Of a stretch of 44,242 bases of DNA, positions 27,836 to 37,600 are shown piece by piece (position 1 is the stretch's first letter; the number at the start of each line of letters is the position of its first letter). Made by a program: the position numbers and the translations under genes. Below the pieces are notes generated by a model, which was not told the origin of the DNA, searched no databases, and was given only the letters and a program-made list of their open reading frames with translations. Source of the stretch: a candidate division WWE3 bacterium (GTDB taxonomy: Bacteria > Patescibacteriota > WWE3 > UBA101185 > UBA10185); the NCBI GenBank assembly GCA_945897985.1, contig CAMDGN010000002.1:1-44242 (forward strand). Reading direction: 5' to 3'.

Positions 27836-29032
27836 ATGACTGAAAAGTATAATATTATTTGCCTTTCCAATCAACTTTGGGACTACCCAAATTGGACAAA
27901 TAAAAGACATGTGATGTATAGAATGGGTCAGTTAGGTCACCGAATCGTTTTTGTAGACCCTCCAATTAATTTTGGAAAAGTCCTCCTAACTCAATTTAAA
28001 AAAGGGTTTTTTACATTAGGGAGGTTATTTAAAGGTTACAAAGTTGCCGACAACGTTTTAATTTATACACCAATTAAATTCTTACCCTTCACGAAATTTT
28101 ATTCAGAATATTTTGCTAAGCAAATTAATAACCTAACTAAGAACTTTTTTAAAAACGAAAATAAGACCATTCTCTGGATTTATAATGTAGAAATAGAACA
28201 CCTGGAGAGTTATCTTGATGGAGTTAACAAAGACTATCTTCTATACGATTGTGTTGATTATTATGCAGGTTTTCCAAGATACGCAACCAAAGAGTCTAAG
28301 GATGTCTTTTTAAAAGTCGAGAAGGATCTTACTCAAAAGGCTGACTTAGTTTTCGCAACAGCTCCAGGTTTAGTTGAGAGACTTAAAAAATATAATTCAA
28401 GAACTTATTACACTCCCAACGTAGGTGATTTCGAGTTATTTCACGACATCAAGGAGAAATACAGAAACGATACTCCCTTAGAGTTAAAGAATGTTAAGCA
28501 TCCAATCGTTGGTTATATTGGGGCCCTTGATACATATAAATTTGATTACGAAATTCTAAAGGAAGCTGCAACTACCTATCCCGATTATAGTTTTGTAATT
28601 ATTGGCGATATAGCATTAAAAGATAGGGAAGGTACTCTTAAAGAATTAGGACTAGAGCAGATTTCAAACATTTATTTTCTTGGTTCCATTCCATTTATTA
28701 AGACTCCAAAATATATGGCTCAATTTGACGCTGAGTTAATTCCTTATGTATACAACGACTATACAGTTGGTGGCTGTTTCCCGGTTAAATTTTTTAATAC
28801 CATGTCCGCTGGCATCCCTTCGATAGTTACTGACTTGCCGGTATTTACTTTATATCGAGACATTACTTATATCTCTAAAGGAAAAGCAGATTTTGTTGCG
28901 AATATTAAAAAAGCCTTGGAAGAAGACAGTGAGCAGAAATATAAAGAGAGAGTCTCGGTTGCATCAGAAAATACCTGGGATTCAAAAGTTTCAGCTATGC
29001 TGCATCTAATTAAGAGTAATTTTAAATCATGA
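27836..29032 (+). CDS. GT-B glycosyltransferase (GT4/TuaH-like)
   Basis: WTNKRHVM, YDCVDYY, ADLVFATA, PNVGD, VGYIGAL, CFPVKFF...AGIP. Confidence 0.85.
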   Translation: MTEKYNIICLSNQLWDYPNWTNKRHVMYRMGQLGHRIVFVDPPINFGKVLLTQFKKGFFTLGRLFKGYKVADNVLIYTPIKFLPFTKFYSEYFAKQINNLTKNFFKNENKTILWIYNVEIEHLESYLDGVNKDYLLYDCVDYYAGFPRYATKESKDVFLKVEKDLTQKADLVFATAPGLVERLKKYNSRTYYTPNVGDFELFHDIKEKYRNDTPLELKNVKHPIVGYIGALDTYKFDYEILKEAATTYPDYSFVIIGDIALKDREGTLKELGLEQISNIYFLGSIPFIKTPKYMAQFDAELIPYVYNDYTVGGCFPVKFFNTMSAGIPSIVTDLPVFTLYRDITYISKGKADFVANIKKALEEDSEQKYKERVSVASENTWDSKVSAMLHLIKSNFKS

Positions 29033-30132
29033 AAATTTTATTCACTTTAAATTCTTCAAATTTTGGAGGAATGGAGCAGACAGTTTTAGATTTAGTTCAG
29101 GGCTTGGGTTTTGAGTTTGAGAAATTTGTTATTTGTCCTGAAGGTGATTTAACCCCTAATTTTAAAACTTTCTCAAAAGTAATTTTACATCCCAAAATAA
29201 AGAGCTTTGATCTAGCCTATATCAAATTTTTAATCAAGTTTATTAAAGAGAATGAAATTGAGGTGATTCATGCCAATGAACCAAGAATTGTGTTTCATTC
29301 AATGGTAGCTGGGTTTTTAGCTGGAGTTAGAGTTAGGATCTCTCATACTCACACGCCTATTTCTATGTGGCAAATTCCTTGGACTAAGAAAATCTTCAAT
29401 CTAGTTCTTAATTCATTAGTAATAAATTTTCTAAGTACCAAAGAGATAGCTTTATCTAATTCTATTAAAAAACAAAAAATCAAAGAATTAGCCCTACCAA
29501 GCAAATTAGTAGTAATTCCTAATTGTCTTGACCCCACTTTTATTACAAATATAGCTAATTATAAAAAACCTAGAAAAACAATATTAAGTAAATTGAAAAT
29601 TGAAGATAAGTTTGTGTTTCTTTATCTAAGTAGGCTAACTAAAGAAAAGAATCAGAAGTTATTAATTGAAGCTTTTTATTCTCTCTGTAAAACCAATAAC
29701 GACTCTATTCTTGTAATTGCAGGTAAAGGATCTGATTATGAAGTGCTTAAAAAAAGAATTTCGGCCTTAAACTTGGAAAAAAGAATTTTTATTTTAAACG
29801 AAGTTTCCGATGCTGATAAAATAGATTTATATATGTCTTCCGATTGCTTTGTATTTCCGACTTTAGCTGAAGGTTTTGGAATAACATTGATAGAGGCAAT
29901 GTTTTCATGCTATCCTGTGATTTCCTCAAATTTAGATGTTCTAAAGGAGGTTTCTGGAAATAAAGTTTTGTTTTTCAAAAACAATAATCAGAAATCACTT
30001 ACTTCAAAATTAAAGGAAGCACTAAAATTAAAAGAGGGGCCAAGCAAATTAGTTGAAAACAAAAAATTTGTATTAGCAAATTATTCAACGGAAAAATATA
30101 TAGAAAATTATGAAAGTTTGTATAAAAATTAA
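29029..30132 (+). CDS. GT4 glycosyltransferase
   Basis: GGMEQ, HTH, SRLTKEKNQ, EGFGITLIEAM. Confidence 0.9.
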   Translation: MKILFTLNSSNFGGMEQTVLDLVQGLGFEFEKFVICPEGDLTPNFKTFSKVILHPKIKSFDLAYIKFLIKFIKENEIEVIHANEPRIVFHSMVAGFLAGVRVRISHTHTPISMWQIPWTKKIFNLVLNSLVINFLSTKEIALSNSIKKQKIKELALPSKLVVIPNCLDPTFITNIANYKKPRKTILSKLKIEDKFVFLYLSRLTKEKNQKLLIEAFYSLCKTNNDSILVIAGKGSDYEVLKKRISALNLEKRIFILNEVSDADKIDLYMSSDCFVFPTLAEGFGITLIEAMFSCYPVISSNLDVLKEVSGNKVLFFKNNNQKSLTSKLKEALKLKEGPSKLVENKKFVLANYSTEKYIENYESLYKN

Positions 30133-30135
30133 ATT

Positions 30136-31260
30136 ATGAAGATTCTTCTTTGGACAAGGTCCGATTGTTTTAAAGCCAAAGGTGGGGATATGGTTCAGAT
30201 TGAAAATACCTTTGTGGAGTTAAAGAAGTTGGGAATTGATGTTGTTATATCCGACAAGAATAATGTTAATTTAGATGAATTTGATATTGTTCATCTTTTC
30301 CAACTAGATTGGACTCCTGAAACTTATCTTCATGCTAAAAGAGCTAAAGCTATGGGTAAGAAGATTATTATTTCCCCAATTCATCACAGCGTTGATGAGG
30401 TTAAGAAATTTGATAATGAATATGTTTTTGGACTCAGAAGAATTTCAAAATTACTATTTGTTGATCAATTTCAAAGAGATACATTTAAAAACATTTACAG
30501 ATCTATTTTGGATAGAAATAAGGCTCTACCAACTCTTTATTCAGTCTTAATTGGGCTAAAGGAGATGAATAAGAGGGTTCTTGCGTGGGCTGATGTTGTT
30601 TTAGTACAAACCAAACTTGAGGCTCAGGAGCTGAAAAATACCTATAATATTGATTTCAAATGGGAAGTTATACCAAACGGCGTGACATCCTTTTATACCG
30701 AAAAATCTAAATTAAAAAATCTATTTGATTTCGAAGACTATATTATTTGTGTGGGAAGAATTGAACCTAGAAAAAATAACCTCAACATTATTGCAGCAGT
30801 TAAGCAGATTAGGAAAGAATTAAATAAGGATATTAAACTTGTTTTTGTTGGAAAGAAATCCAATAAACACAGAGAATACACCGCCCTATTTGATATAGAA
30901 GTTGCTAAAAATGACTGGATTCATTTCAAAGATTATCTTTCGTATAGCTCAATGCCTGCAGTTTATAAATTTGCTAAAGTTTGTGTATCTGCATCTTGGT
31001 TTGAAACTACAGGTTTAACTCTACTAGAAGCTTTATTTATGGGAACCAACGCAGTTTCTTCTTCCCCAAGAGCTGAGGAAATTCTTGGTGAATTCTCTTC
31101 ATATTGTAAACCAGAGAGCGTTGAGTCTATTGCTTCGGCTATTAAAACAGAGTATTTTAGAACTAGACCTAAACTTCCATCCAGTTTTAAAGAAGAGTAT
31201 ACCTGGGAAAATACGGCTAAGAAGACCTCATTAATATATAAGGCTTTATTAAATGATTGA
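30136..31260 (+). CDS. GT4 glycosyltransferase
   Basis: GGDMVQ, ISPIH, VIPNG, VGRIEPRKN, SWFETTGLTLLEA, YTWE. Confidence 0.9.
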   Translation: MKILLWTRSDCFKAKGGDMVQIENTFVELKKLGIDVVISDKNNVNLDEFDIVHLFQLDWTPETYLHAKRAKAMGKKIIISPIHHSVDEVKKFDNEYVFGLRRISKLLFVDQFQRDTFKNIYRSILDRNKALPTLYSVLIGLKEMNKRVLAWADVVLVQTKLEAQELKNTYNIDFKWEVIPNGVTSFYTEKSKLKNLFDFEDYIICVGRIEPRKNNLNIIAAVKQIRKELNKDIKLVFVGKKSNKHREYTALFDIEVAKNDWIHFKDYLSYSSMPAVYKFAKVCVSASWFETTGLTLLEALFMGTNAVSSSPRAEEILGEFSSYCKPESVESIASAIKTEYFRTRPKLPSSFKEEYTWENTAKKTSLIYKALLND

Positions 31261-34117
31261 AATATTACTTATTGCAGGAATTTTAATATTAACTCTAATT
31301 CTACTAAGATATAATTTTTATGCTTCTTTAATTCTTGCTCTAGTTTTATCAACCTTTTTACATAAAGAATTATTTTCAATTTACATTTGGGATATGCTTC
31401 CGATTAGAATTTTTATGGGAGCTTTTTTAATAAATTCGTTTTATGATTTTGTAAGATTTAACGGAATTTCTTTCAAATTTGTAAAATATCTTAAAGACCC
31501 CTTTATCTTATTAAATGTTTTATTGCTGATTTCTAAATTAGTTTCAATGGTAAACACACTAAACCTAACTGCATCACTTTCCCTGAATGCTTTTAATATT
31601 GCTATTACTGTTTTTGTAATTACTATTTATTTAAAACTTGATGCTGATCAAATTTTAGGCCTCTTTAAGAGTTACATTCCTCTAGCTGCCATCTTATCCT
31701 TTATTACATTTGTTCAGTTATTTTTCTATTTTAAATATTCCTTTTTATTTGGCGCAATTTTGAATATTGCTGGAAATACTGTTGATTTCCCTGCCTTCAG
31801 CTTGTCTAAAGAATTCTTCAACGACTCCTTAAAGTTAGTTGTAATGACTAGGGTTGGTAGTATTTTTTGGGACGTAAATCACTTTGGAGGCTTCTTGGCT
31901 GGGTTAGTTGTTCCATTACTTGCACTAGTTCTTACATTGAAGAAGAACAGAAATTTAAATATATTTTATTTTTTTATCCTTAATCTAACTTTATTTTTAA
32001 CCAACTCCAGAAGTGCCTGGATTCTTGCAGGAATTGCCTATCTAATATTCTTTGTTTTCGCGGTTTACAAAAAAATAGGTAAAAAGGGAATCGCTTATTC
32101 TCTAATTGGGTTTGGGTTATTTAGTTTGTTGCTGTTTTTTATGTATCAAGATAAGGATTCTTATTTTAGAGAAAAAGTAAGATCCTATTTTCACTACAGA
32201 CTTGATTCCTTTGACTCTCACTTTCTACTTCTTCAAGGTACTGTTGAGGTTTTTAATAAATTTCCACTTATCGGCGGCGGTACTGGTAGTTTTTTTGAGC
32301 ATTTCAAAACCACACCTTCTTCAAACGATTTTTTACGAAGGGATCCCGCTGGATTAAGTGTTAGGGTTCCGGCACATTCCATATGGGGAGAATCGTTATC
32401 CGAAGCCGGGGCTGTTGGTACTTCTATATTTGTATTAATTGTTTTATTAAATCTAGGGTATCTTCTATACTCCATAATACACAGCAAGGATAACTCTGAT
32501 TTCCTTTTACTCTCTGCCTTTTTTGGAACCATCATCGGATGGTTGATCTCAGGAATTTTTTATTCCTTTAATTCTGAGTTTTTTTACATCTTATTTTTCT
32601 TTCCAGTTATGTACTCTATTAAGAAGAATAATTTGATTCTTGAAGAAGTTTTGCTCTATTTTAAAAAGAAATCCTTTTACGCAACCTTAATTCTTTTTTC
32701 AATTTGTTTTTATATGGTTTTTATAAATATTGGGGCCAATAAATTGATAGCTTTTGATGAGGCAATCTACGCTAAAGTTGCCAAAAACATGTTTGAAACT
32801 GGTGATTTAATGACATTGACCTGGAAAGCTTATGATATTAATTGGTTTGAGAAGCCTTCCCTTTATTTTATTTTAACTTCCTTTGCTTATTCTCTATTTG
32901 GGGTTTCTGAATTTGCAGCTAGATTTGTGACTGCTTGTTTCTCTATTGTATGTTTAGCGTATGTCTATAAGCTTGGAAAAGAGCTAAAAGACTCCGTGAC
33001 TGGGTACTTTTCAGTCCTAGCTATGATTCTAAATGTTTCTTATTTGTATTACTCAAGAACCGCAATGCTGGACGTGATTCTTACAGCGTTTATTACTGCT
33101 TCTGTTTTCTATTTCTTAAAGGCTCAAAAAGGTAATAAGCTTTTAAATCTATCACTTTCCGGTTCAATGGTCGGGCTTGCAGTTATGACAAAGAGTATAG
33201 TTGGATTTTTACCGCTTGGAATTTACTTTTTGTATTACATTTATACTCTTATTAAAAAAGAAAATACTTACTTAGTTGCACTAAAAGAGCTTTCTTTACT
33301 GACAGGTGTATCTCTTTTGGTCTGCGCTCCTTGGCATTTTTATATGTGGTACTTACACGGAAGTGATTTTATTAATTCTTATTTTGGCTACCACTTATTT
33401 AAGCGATACACTTCAGCAATCGAGGATAAAGGCGGGCCTTGGTATTATTACTTTGTTGTTATTAGAAATACAATGCGATTATGGTTTTTAGTTTTGATTC
33501 CTTCACTTGCATACTTCATTTATAAAGCTTACAAAGAGAAGTTTTCTAATGAAAAGATTTTAATACTTATTTCTGCAGTAATTGTGATGTTATTTTTCTC
33601 AACCTCCTCTTCTAAACTTAAGTGGTATATTATGCCCATTTATCCATTTTTAGCTATAATTTGCGGCTATTTTGTCTCAGAAGCCAAGGAACTTTTATTT
33701 AAGAAAACTAAGTCACTTGTTATAGCTTTTGTAGCATCTTACTTATTTATTGTTGCCAATATATTTTACTTCTATACTCAAAGAGATATGGTCTACACTG
33801 GAGATCTGACTGGCAGGATTGTTACCTTAATTCAAAAAAATAATGAGTTGCCAAAAAAGGAAGTTGAGTACTCTTACTTTGATAAAACTGATTACCCTGT
33901 AGCACTTTATTACTCTGAGAAACCTTTTGAATTAGCTGACTTTTCTCCTTTAAAACAACATTTAACTAATCTTAAAAAGGATAATAATGGGGTGATTATG
34001 ACCAATACTTTCGTAACCAGTCAGAGCAGGTTCAGATCATTAAAGAATACTTTTCCTGAACTAACAATTATTTCTGAAAACAAAGACTACGTCTTAGGGT
34101 CTTTGACAGTTTACTAA
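31253..34117 (+). CDS. Fusion protein: O-antigen-ligase/Wzy_C-like domain plus ArnT/PMT-like GT-C domain
   Basis: N-half: RVGSIFWDVNHFG, LTNSRSAW, PLIGGGTGSF, AHSIWGESLSEAG. C-half: FDEAIYAKVAKNM, WFEKPSLY, FGVSEFAAR, SRTAMLD, MTKS, PWYYY, KLKWYIMPIYP. One uninterrupted 954-aa ORF. Confidence 0.85.
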   Translation: MIEILLIAGILILTLILLRYNFYASLILALVLSTFLHKELFSIYIWDMLPIRIFMGAFLINSFYDFVRFNGISFKFVKYLKDPFILLNVLLLISKLVSMVNTLNLTASLSLNAFNIAITVFVITIYLKLDADQILGLFKSYIPLAAILSFITFVQLFFYFKYSFLFGAILNIAGNTVDFPAFSLSKEFFNDSLKLVVMTRVGSIFWDVNHFGGFLAGLVVPLLALVLTLKKNRNLNIFYFFILNLTLFLTNSRSAWILAGIAYLIFFVFAVYKKIGKKGIAYSLIGFGLFSLLLFFMYQDKDSYFREKVRSYFHYRLDSFDSHFLLLQGTVEVFNKFPLIGGGTGSFFEHFKTTPSSNDFLRRDPAGLSVRVPAHSIWGESLSEAGAVGTSIFVLIVLLNLGYLLYSIIHSKDNSDFLLLSAFFGTIIGWLISGIFYSFNSEFFYILFFFPVMYSIKKNNLILEEVLLYFKKKSFYATLILFSICFYMVFINIGANKLIAFDEAIYAKVAKNMFETGDLMTLTWKAYDINWFEKPSLYFILTSFAYSLFGVSEFAARFVTACFSIVCLAYVYKLGKELKDSVTGYFSVLAMILNVSYLYYSRTAMLDVILTAFITASVFYFLKAQKGNKLLNLSLSGSMVGLAVMTKSIVGFLPLGIYFLYYIYTLIKKENTYLVALKELSLLTGVSLLVCAPWHFYMWYLHGSDFINSYFGYHLFKRYTSAIEDKGGPWYYYFVVIRNTMRLWFLVLIPSLAYFIYKAYKEKFSNEKILILISAVIVMLFFSTSSSKLKWYIMPIYPFLAIICGYFVSEAKELLFKKTKSLVIAFVASYLFIVANIFYFYTQRDMVYTGDLTGRIVTLIQKNNELPKKEVEYSYFDKTDYPVALYYSEKPFELADFSPLKQHLTNLKKDNNGVIMTNTFVTSQSRFRSLKNTFPELTIISENKDYVLGSLTVY

Positions 34118-34139
34118 TTTAAAAATATTAATTAAAATT

Positions 34140-35333
34140 TTATCTTTGAGATTTATTTAAAATATAAAGAAATGTTACAGCAGTAAGTATTATTGAAGAA
34201 ATTAAATCAGCTGCAGCTAAGCCTGTAATCCCGAAATTTATAGTTAGGAAGAGGCTTAAAATAACGAAGAGAACTAATTTTCCTAGTGTAAAGCTAAGTA
34301 AAGTCTTAGATTTTTCTTCGATAAAGAAGTAGTTATCAAGGAATTTATGGATTGAAGAAAAGGCCTGAGCAAAAAGTAAGATTGAGAATATTAAGATAGA
34401 CTCATTAAATTTATCACCAAAAAATAAATTAAAAAAGAATGGTGAAATTAGGGACCCGATTGTAGCGAGAATAAGAACAAAAATTCCTAATATTAAAGAT
34501 TCCTTTAAATTGTAACTTAAATCATCCCTTTTTCTTTTTGCATTAGAAGTCAGTATTACTGTGTAAATGGAGTAAGAGACTACTGAAAATACATTTGAAA
34601 GTTTTGAAGCAAGGGAGAAGGTCCCAAGGTCACTTAAAGTACTAATTATTTTTAGGATTTGGTTTGAAATCGTATTCCAGCTTTCGTTTATGGTTTGACT
34701 AATACCAGCCAAAAAGAATCTAGATAAGAATTTATTAATTTTAAAGTTCAACTTAAATGTCTTTAATTCGTTTAATTTAAGGGGTAGCAATATTATTGAT
34801 GCTCCTATAGATAACGAAAAGATTTGAAAAGCTGTTTCAAGGTTAACATTGAAATGGTTGGTTAGGATTAAAGCTCCAAAAATACCTTTGATTAAAGCTG
34901 GGAAGAAGTTTAAAAGCGAGGCCAAGACAAATCTCTCATCCTTTTGGAATAAAGCAAACAGAAGGTAGTTGATACCGTAGAAAAATAACCCAAGGATAAA
35001 ATTAGTAAAAATCGAAAGGTTTTCGATTTCATTTAGGTAGTAAAGGATTAATATTGAAAGAAAAGCTGTAAAAACAAAGGCTACAATTTTAAAATTTATG
35101 AGTTCATTTAAATAGCTTTTACCTTTTCCGATATACTCTGATACAAAAGTTGAGTTTGATCCAAAATCGATAATTTTAGAAATTGAAACTAATAGGAGAG
35201 TAAGTAAGCTATAAATTCCAAATTCTTCCTTTGGAAGTTTGATAGCAACAGCTAAGAAGAGTAAAACACCTAAACCTAGGTTAATTAGGTTAGTGAGGGA
35301 TACTAGTGAGATGTTTTTAGCTGATTGCTTCAT
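34140..35333 (-). CDS. Wzx-like oligosaccharide flippase (opposite strand)
   Basis: LPKEEFGIYS, IIDFG, LGTFSLASKL, FFGDKF, FGITGLAAA. Confidence 0.85.
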   Translation of the reverse strand: MKQSAKNISLVSLTNLINLGLGVLLFLAVAIKLPKEEFGIYSLLTLLLVSISKIIDFGSNSTFVSEYIGKGKSYLNELINFKIVAFVFTAFLSILILYYLNEIENLSIFTNFILGLFFYGINYLLFALFQKDERFVLASLLNFFPALIKGIFGALILTNHFNVNLETAFQIFSLSIGASIILLPLKLNELKTFKLNFKINKFLSRFFLAGISQTINESWNTISNQILKIISTLSDLGTFSLASKLSNVFSVVSYSIYTVILTSNAKRKRDDLSYNLKESLILGIFVLILATIGSLISPFFFNLFFGDKFNESILIFSILLFAQAFSSIHKFLDNYFFIEEKSKTLLSFTLGKLVLFVILSLFLTINFGITGLAAADLISSIILTAVTFLYILNKSQR

Positions 35334-35339
35334 TTGTTT

Positions 35340-35361
35340 ATTATATCTTACTTGGTAAAAT
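35340..35361. promoter_or_regulatory. Back-to-back divergent -10 elements in a 34-bp gap
   Basis: Minus strand TATAAT (35345-35340) lies 6 nt before ATG 35333; plus strand TGgTAAAAT (35353-35361) lies 6 nt before ATG 35368. Confidence 0.68.
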
Positions 35362-35367
35362 CATATT

Positions 35368-36477
35368 ATGGAAAATATCAAGAAAATTGGAATTGATTGC
35401 AGAATGATTAAAGAGTCTGGGATTGGAAGATACATATATAACTTAATTGAAAACTTGGCAAAAACTGATACCCACAATGAGTACTATTTATTTTGCTATA
35501 ACAAAGAGAGTTTTGAAATTTCACTGCCTTCAAACTTCCATCTAATCTCAGCTCCGATTAAATGGCATACCATTTCCGAACAAACCCGTCTACTAAAAAT
35601 TATCAACTCTTATAGCTTAGACTTGTATCATTCTCCGCATCCAAATATGCCGTTTTTTTATTCAGGTAAGTTTGTGATTACAATTCATGATTTAACAATG
35701 CTTAAAGAAATGACAGGAAGAGCTTCAACCTATTTCTATCCTTTTTATTATTTCAAATGGTTAGTTTTTAAAATCATGCTTTCAAAGGTTATCAGGACTT
35801 CTGAAAAAATTATAACTGTTTCGGAATTCGTGAAAAAAGAAATTATTAATACATTCAACATATCTGAATCTAAGGTTGCGGTAATTTATAATGGGGTACC
35901 TGAAAAAATCCAAAAAAAGACCCAGTTAGAGGTGAGGGATACTTTATATAAATTTAAAATTAATAAACCTTTTCTATTTTATGTGGGAAATGCCTATCCT
36001 CATAAAAATCTTGAGAGACTTATTCTTGCTTTCACCTTATTTAATGTTGGAAATAAATTTGAGCTCATTCTTGGAGGTAAAGAAGATTTTTTCTATAAAA
36101 GATTAAAACTAGAAAACAAGAATCTGTCCAGCTTGCGATTTCTAGGAGAGTTAACTGACGAAGAAATTTCGGCTTTATATTCAGGTTGTCAGGCCTTTGT
36201 ATACCCAAGCATTAGCGAAGGCTTTGGAATTCAAATTATTGAAGCCATTAAATGTGAAGCCCGAATACTCTGTTCGGATAACACTTCTTTTCCTGAAATC
36301 GCTGGGGATTATGCGTACTATTTTAATCCTTTTGATGTTGAGGATATAAAAAATTGCTTGTCTGAAAATATAAATTCCTCGTACAAAGATAAAATAGATA
36401 AGTCCCTTGCTAGACTCAAAAACTTTAGTTGGAAATTGTCTGCCCAACAACATCATGAACTCTTCAAGAAAATATAA
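35368..36477 (+). CDS. GT4 glycosyltransferase (MtfB-like, family includes mannosyltransferases)
   Basis: IGIDCR, GIGRY, TIHDL, VGNAYPHKN, YPSISEGFGIQIIEA, FSW. Confidence 0.9.
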   Translation: MENIKKIGIDCRMIKESGIGRYIYNLIENLAKTDTHNEYYLFCYNKESFEISLPSNFHLISAPIKWHTISEQTRLLKIINSYSLDLYHSPHPNMPFFYSGKFVITIHDLTMLKEMTGRASTYFYPFYYFKWLVFKIMLSKVIRTSEKIITVSEFVKKEIINTFNISESKVAVIYNGVPEKIQKKTQLEVRDTLYKFKINKPFLFYVGNAYPHKNLERLILAFTLFNVGNKFELILGGKEDFFYKRLKLENKNLSSLRFLGELTDEEISALYSGCQAFVYPSISEGFGIQIIEAIKCEARILCSDNTSFPEIAGDYAYYFNPFDVEDIKNCLSENINSSYKDKIDKSLARLKNFSWKLSAQQHHELFKKI

Positions 36478-37573
36478 AATAGCCATTGTCCACGATGACT
36501 TTATTCAATTCGGTGGTGCGGAAAATCTTATTTTTGATATTTCAAAAAAATTAAATTTAAACTCAGATTTTGAGATAGTTATTTACTCCTCATTGATTTC
36601 GACTAAATGGAAGAAAAAGCTAAGTAATGCGTCTCTTAAGTATCAAGAGAGTTTTTTAAGTTATATACCCTTTTGCTATTTAATTTCAAAATTATTTTTT
36701 ATTCCTAATTTGTTTTACTTGGCTTTTCAAAGTTTTAATTTCGATAAGTTTGACGTTGTGTTGTCTTCCTCTACTAGGTTTGGTCATAGTGTAATTACAA
36801 AGCCCTCAACTTACCATATTTCATACCTTAATTCGCCCTCAAAAATGTTATGGAGTACTTGGGAATATTTTAAAAGTAAGGATAAGTTGTATCGATTGGT
36901 TTATATTTTCTTAAACAATAAAAGAGTAATTGATCAGGTTACCCAAAACTACAGTGATTTAATTATCTCAAATTCTAAAAATATTAGACGTAAGATTACA
37001 AAATTTTATCGAAGGAAATCCTTAGTTTTATACCCGTACATTGAATCAGGTTTTATGTTAAAACCTAAAGAAAATTATTATGTTTTGGTCTCGAGATTAG
37101 TTTCATGGAAAAGAATTGATTATGTGATTGAAGCTTTTAATGAATTAGGTGAGAGGTTAGTTATTATTGGTTCAGGTCCCCAACAATCCCATTTAAAGAA
37201 GATCTCTAATTCAAACATTGAATTTACAGGTTTTATAGGTGAAGCCGCGAAGCGGGAATTGATCTCTAAATCAACAGCTATGATTTTTCCTCAAAACGAG
37301 GATTTCGGTTTATCTATTGTTGAGAGCCTGTGTCTTGGCACCCCAATTTTATATTTTAATAAAGGTGGTGCCAAAGAGATTCTTAATGAATCCCTTGGAA
37401 TACCCTTTGAAGAACAGAATGCAAAATCCCTTATCTCAGCGATAAATAAACACAAATTTAGGTCTTACAATATAGAGGAACTGCTTCTTTCTGGATCTAA
37501 ATATAATTCAGATAATTTTATAGGTTTCCTCACTAAGCTGATTAATACAAGGCTTGAGATGAAAAAAAGTTAA
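36455..37573 (+). CDS. GT4 glycosyltransferase (WbaZ-like)
   Basis: IAIVHD...GGAE, NSKNI, VLYP, SRLVSWKRID, EDFGLSIVES. ATG at 36455 preferred over the TTG at 36407. Confidence 0.88.
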   Translation: MNSSRKYKIAIVHDDFIQFGGAENLIFDISKKLNLNSDFEIVIYSSLISTKWKKKLSNASLKYQESFLSYIPFCYLISKLFFIPNLFYLAFQSFNFDKFDVVLSSSTRFGHSVITKPSTYHISYLNSPSKMLWSTWEYFKSKDKLYRLVYIFLNNKRVIDQVTQNYSDLIISNSKNIRRKITKFYRRKSLVLYPYIESGFMLKPKENYYVLVSRLVSWKRIDYVIEAFNELGERLVIIGSGPQQSHLKKISNSNIEFTGFIGEAAKRELISKSTAMIFPQNEDFGLSIVESLCLGTPILYFNKGGAKEILNESLGIPFEEQNAKSLISAINKHKFRSYNIEELLLSGSKYNSDNFIGFLTKLINTRLEMKKS

Positions 37574-37600
37574 AAAGAGTGTAAAATCATTATCAATACA

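Noticed and set aside
32650..34117. Calling the ArnT-like domain arnT (lipid A L-Ara4N modification, polymyxin resistance)
   Set aside because: No arnA/B/D/E/F or lipid A genes are in the window; the fold does not specify the substrate.
4489..36454. Longer track starts at 4489, 18426, 21251 and 36407
   Set aside because: Downstream ATGs (4504, 18438, 21293, 36455) fit the domain starts, overlaps or SD spacing better.
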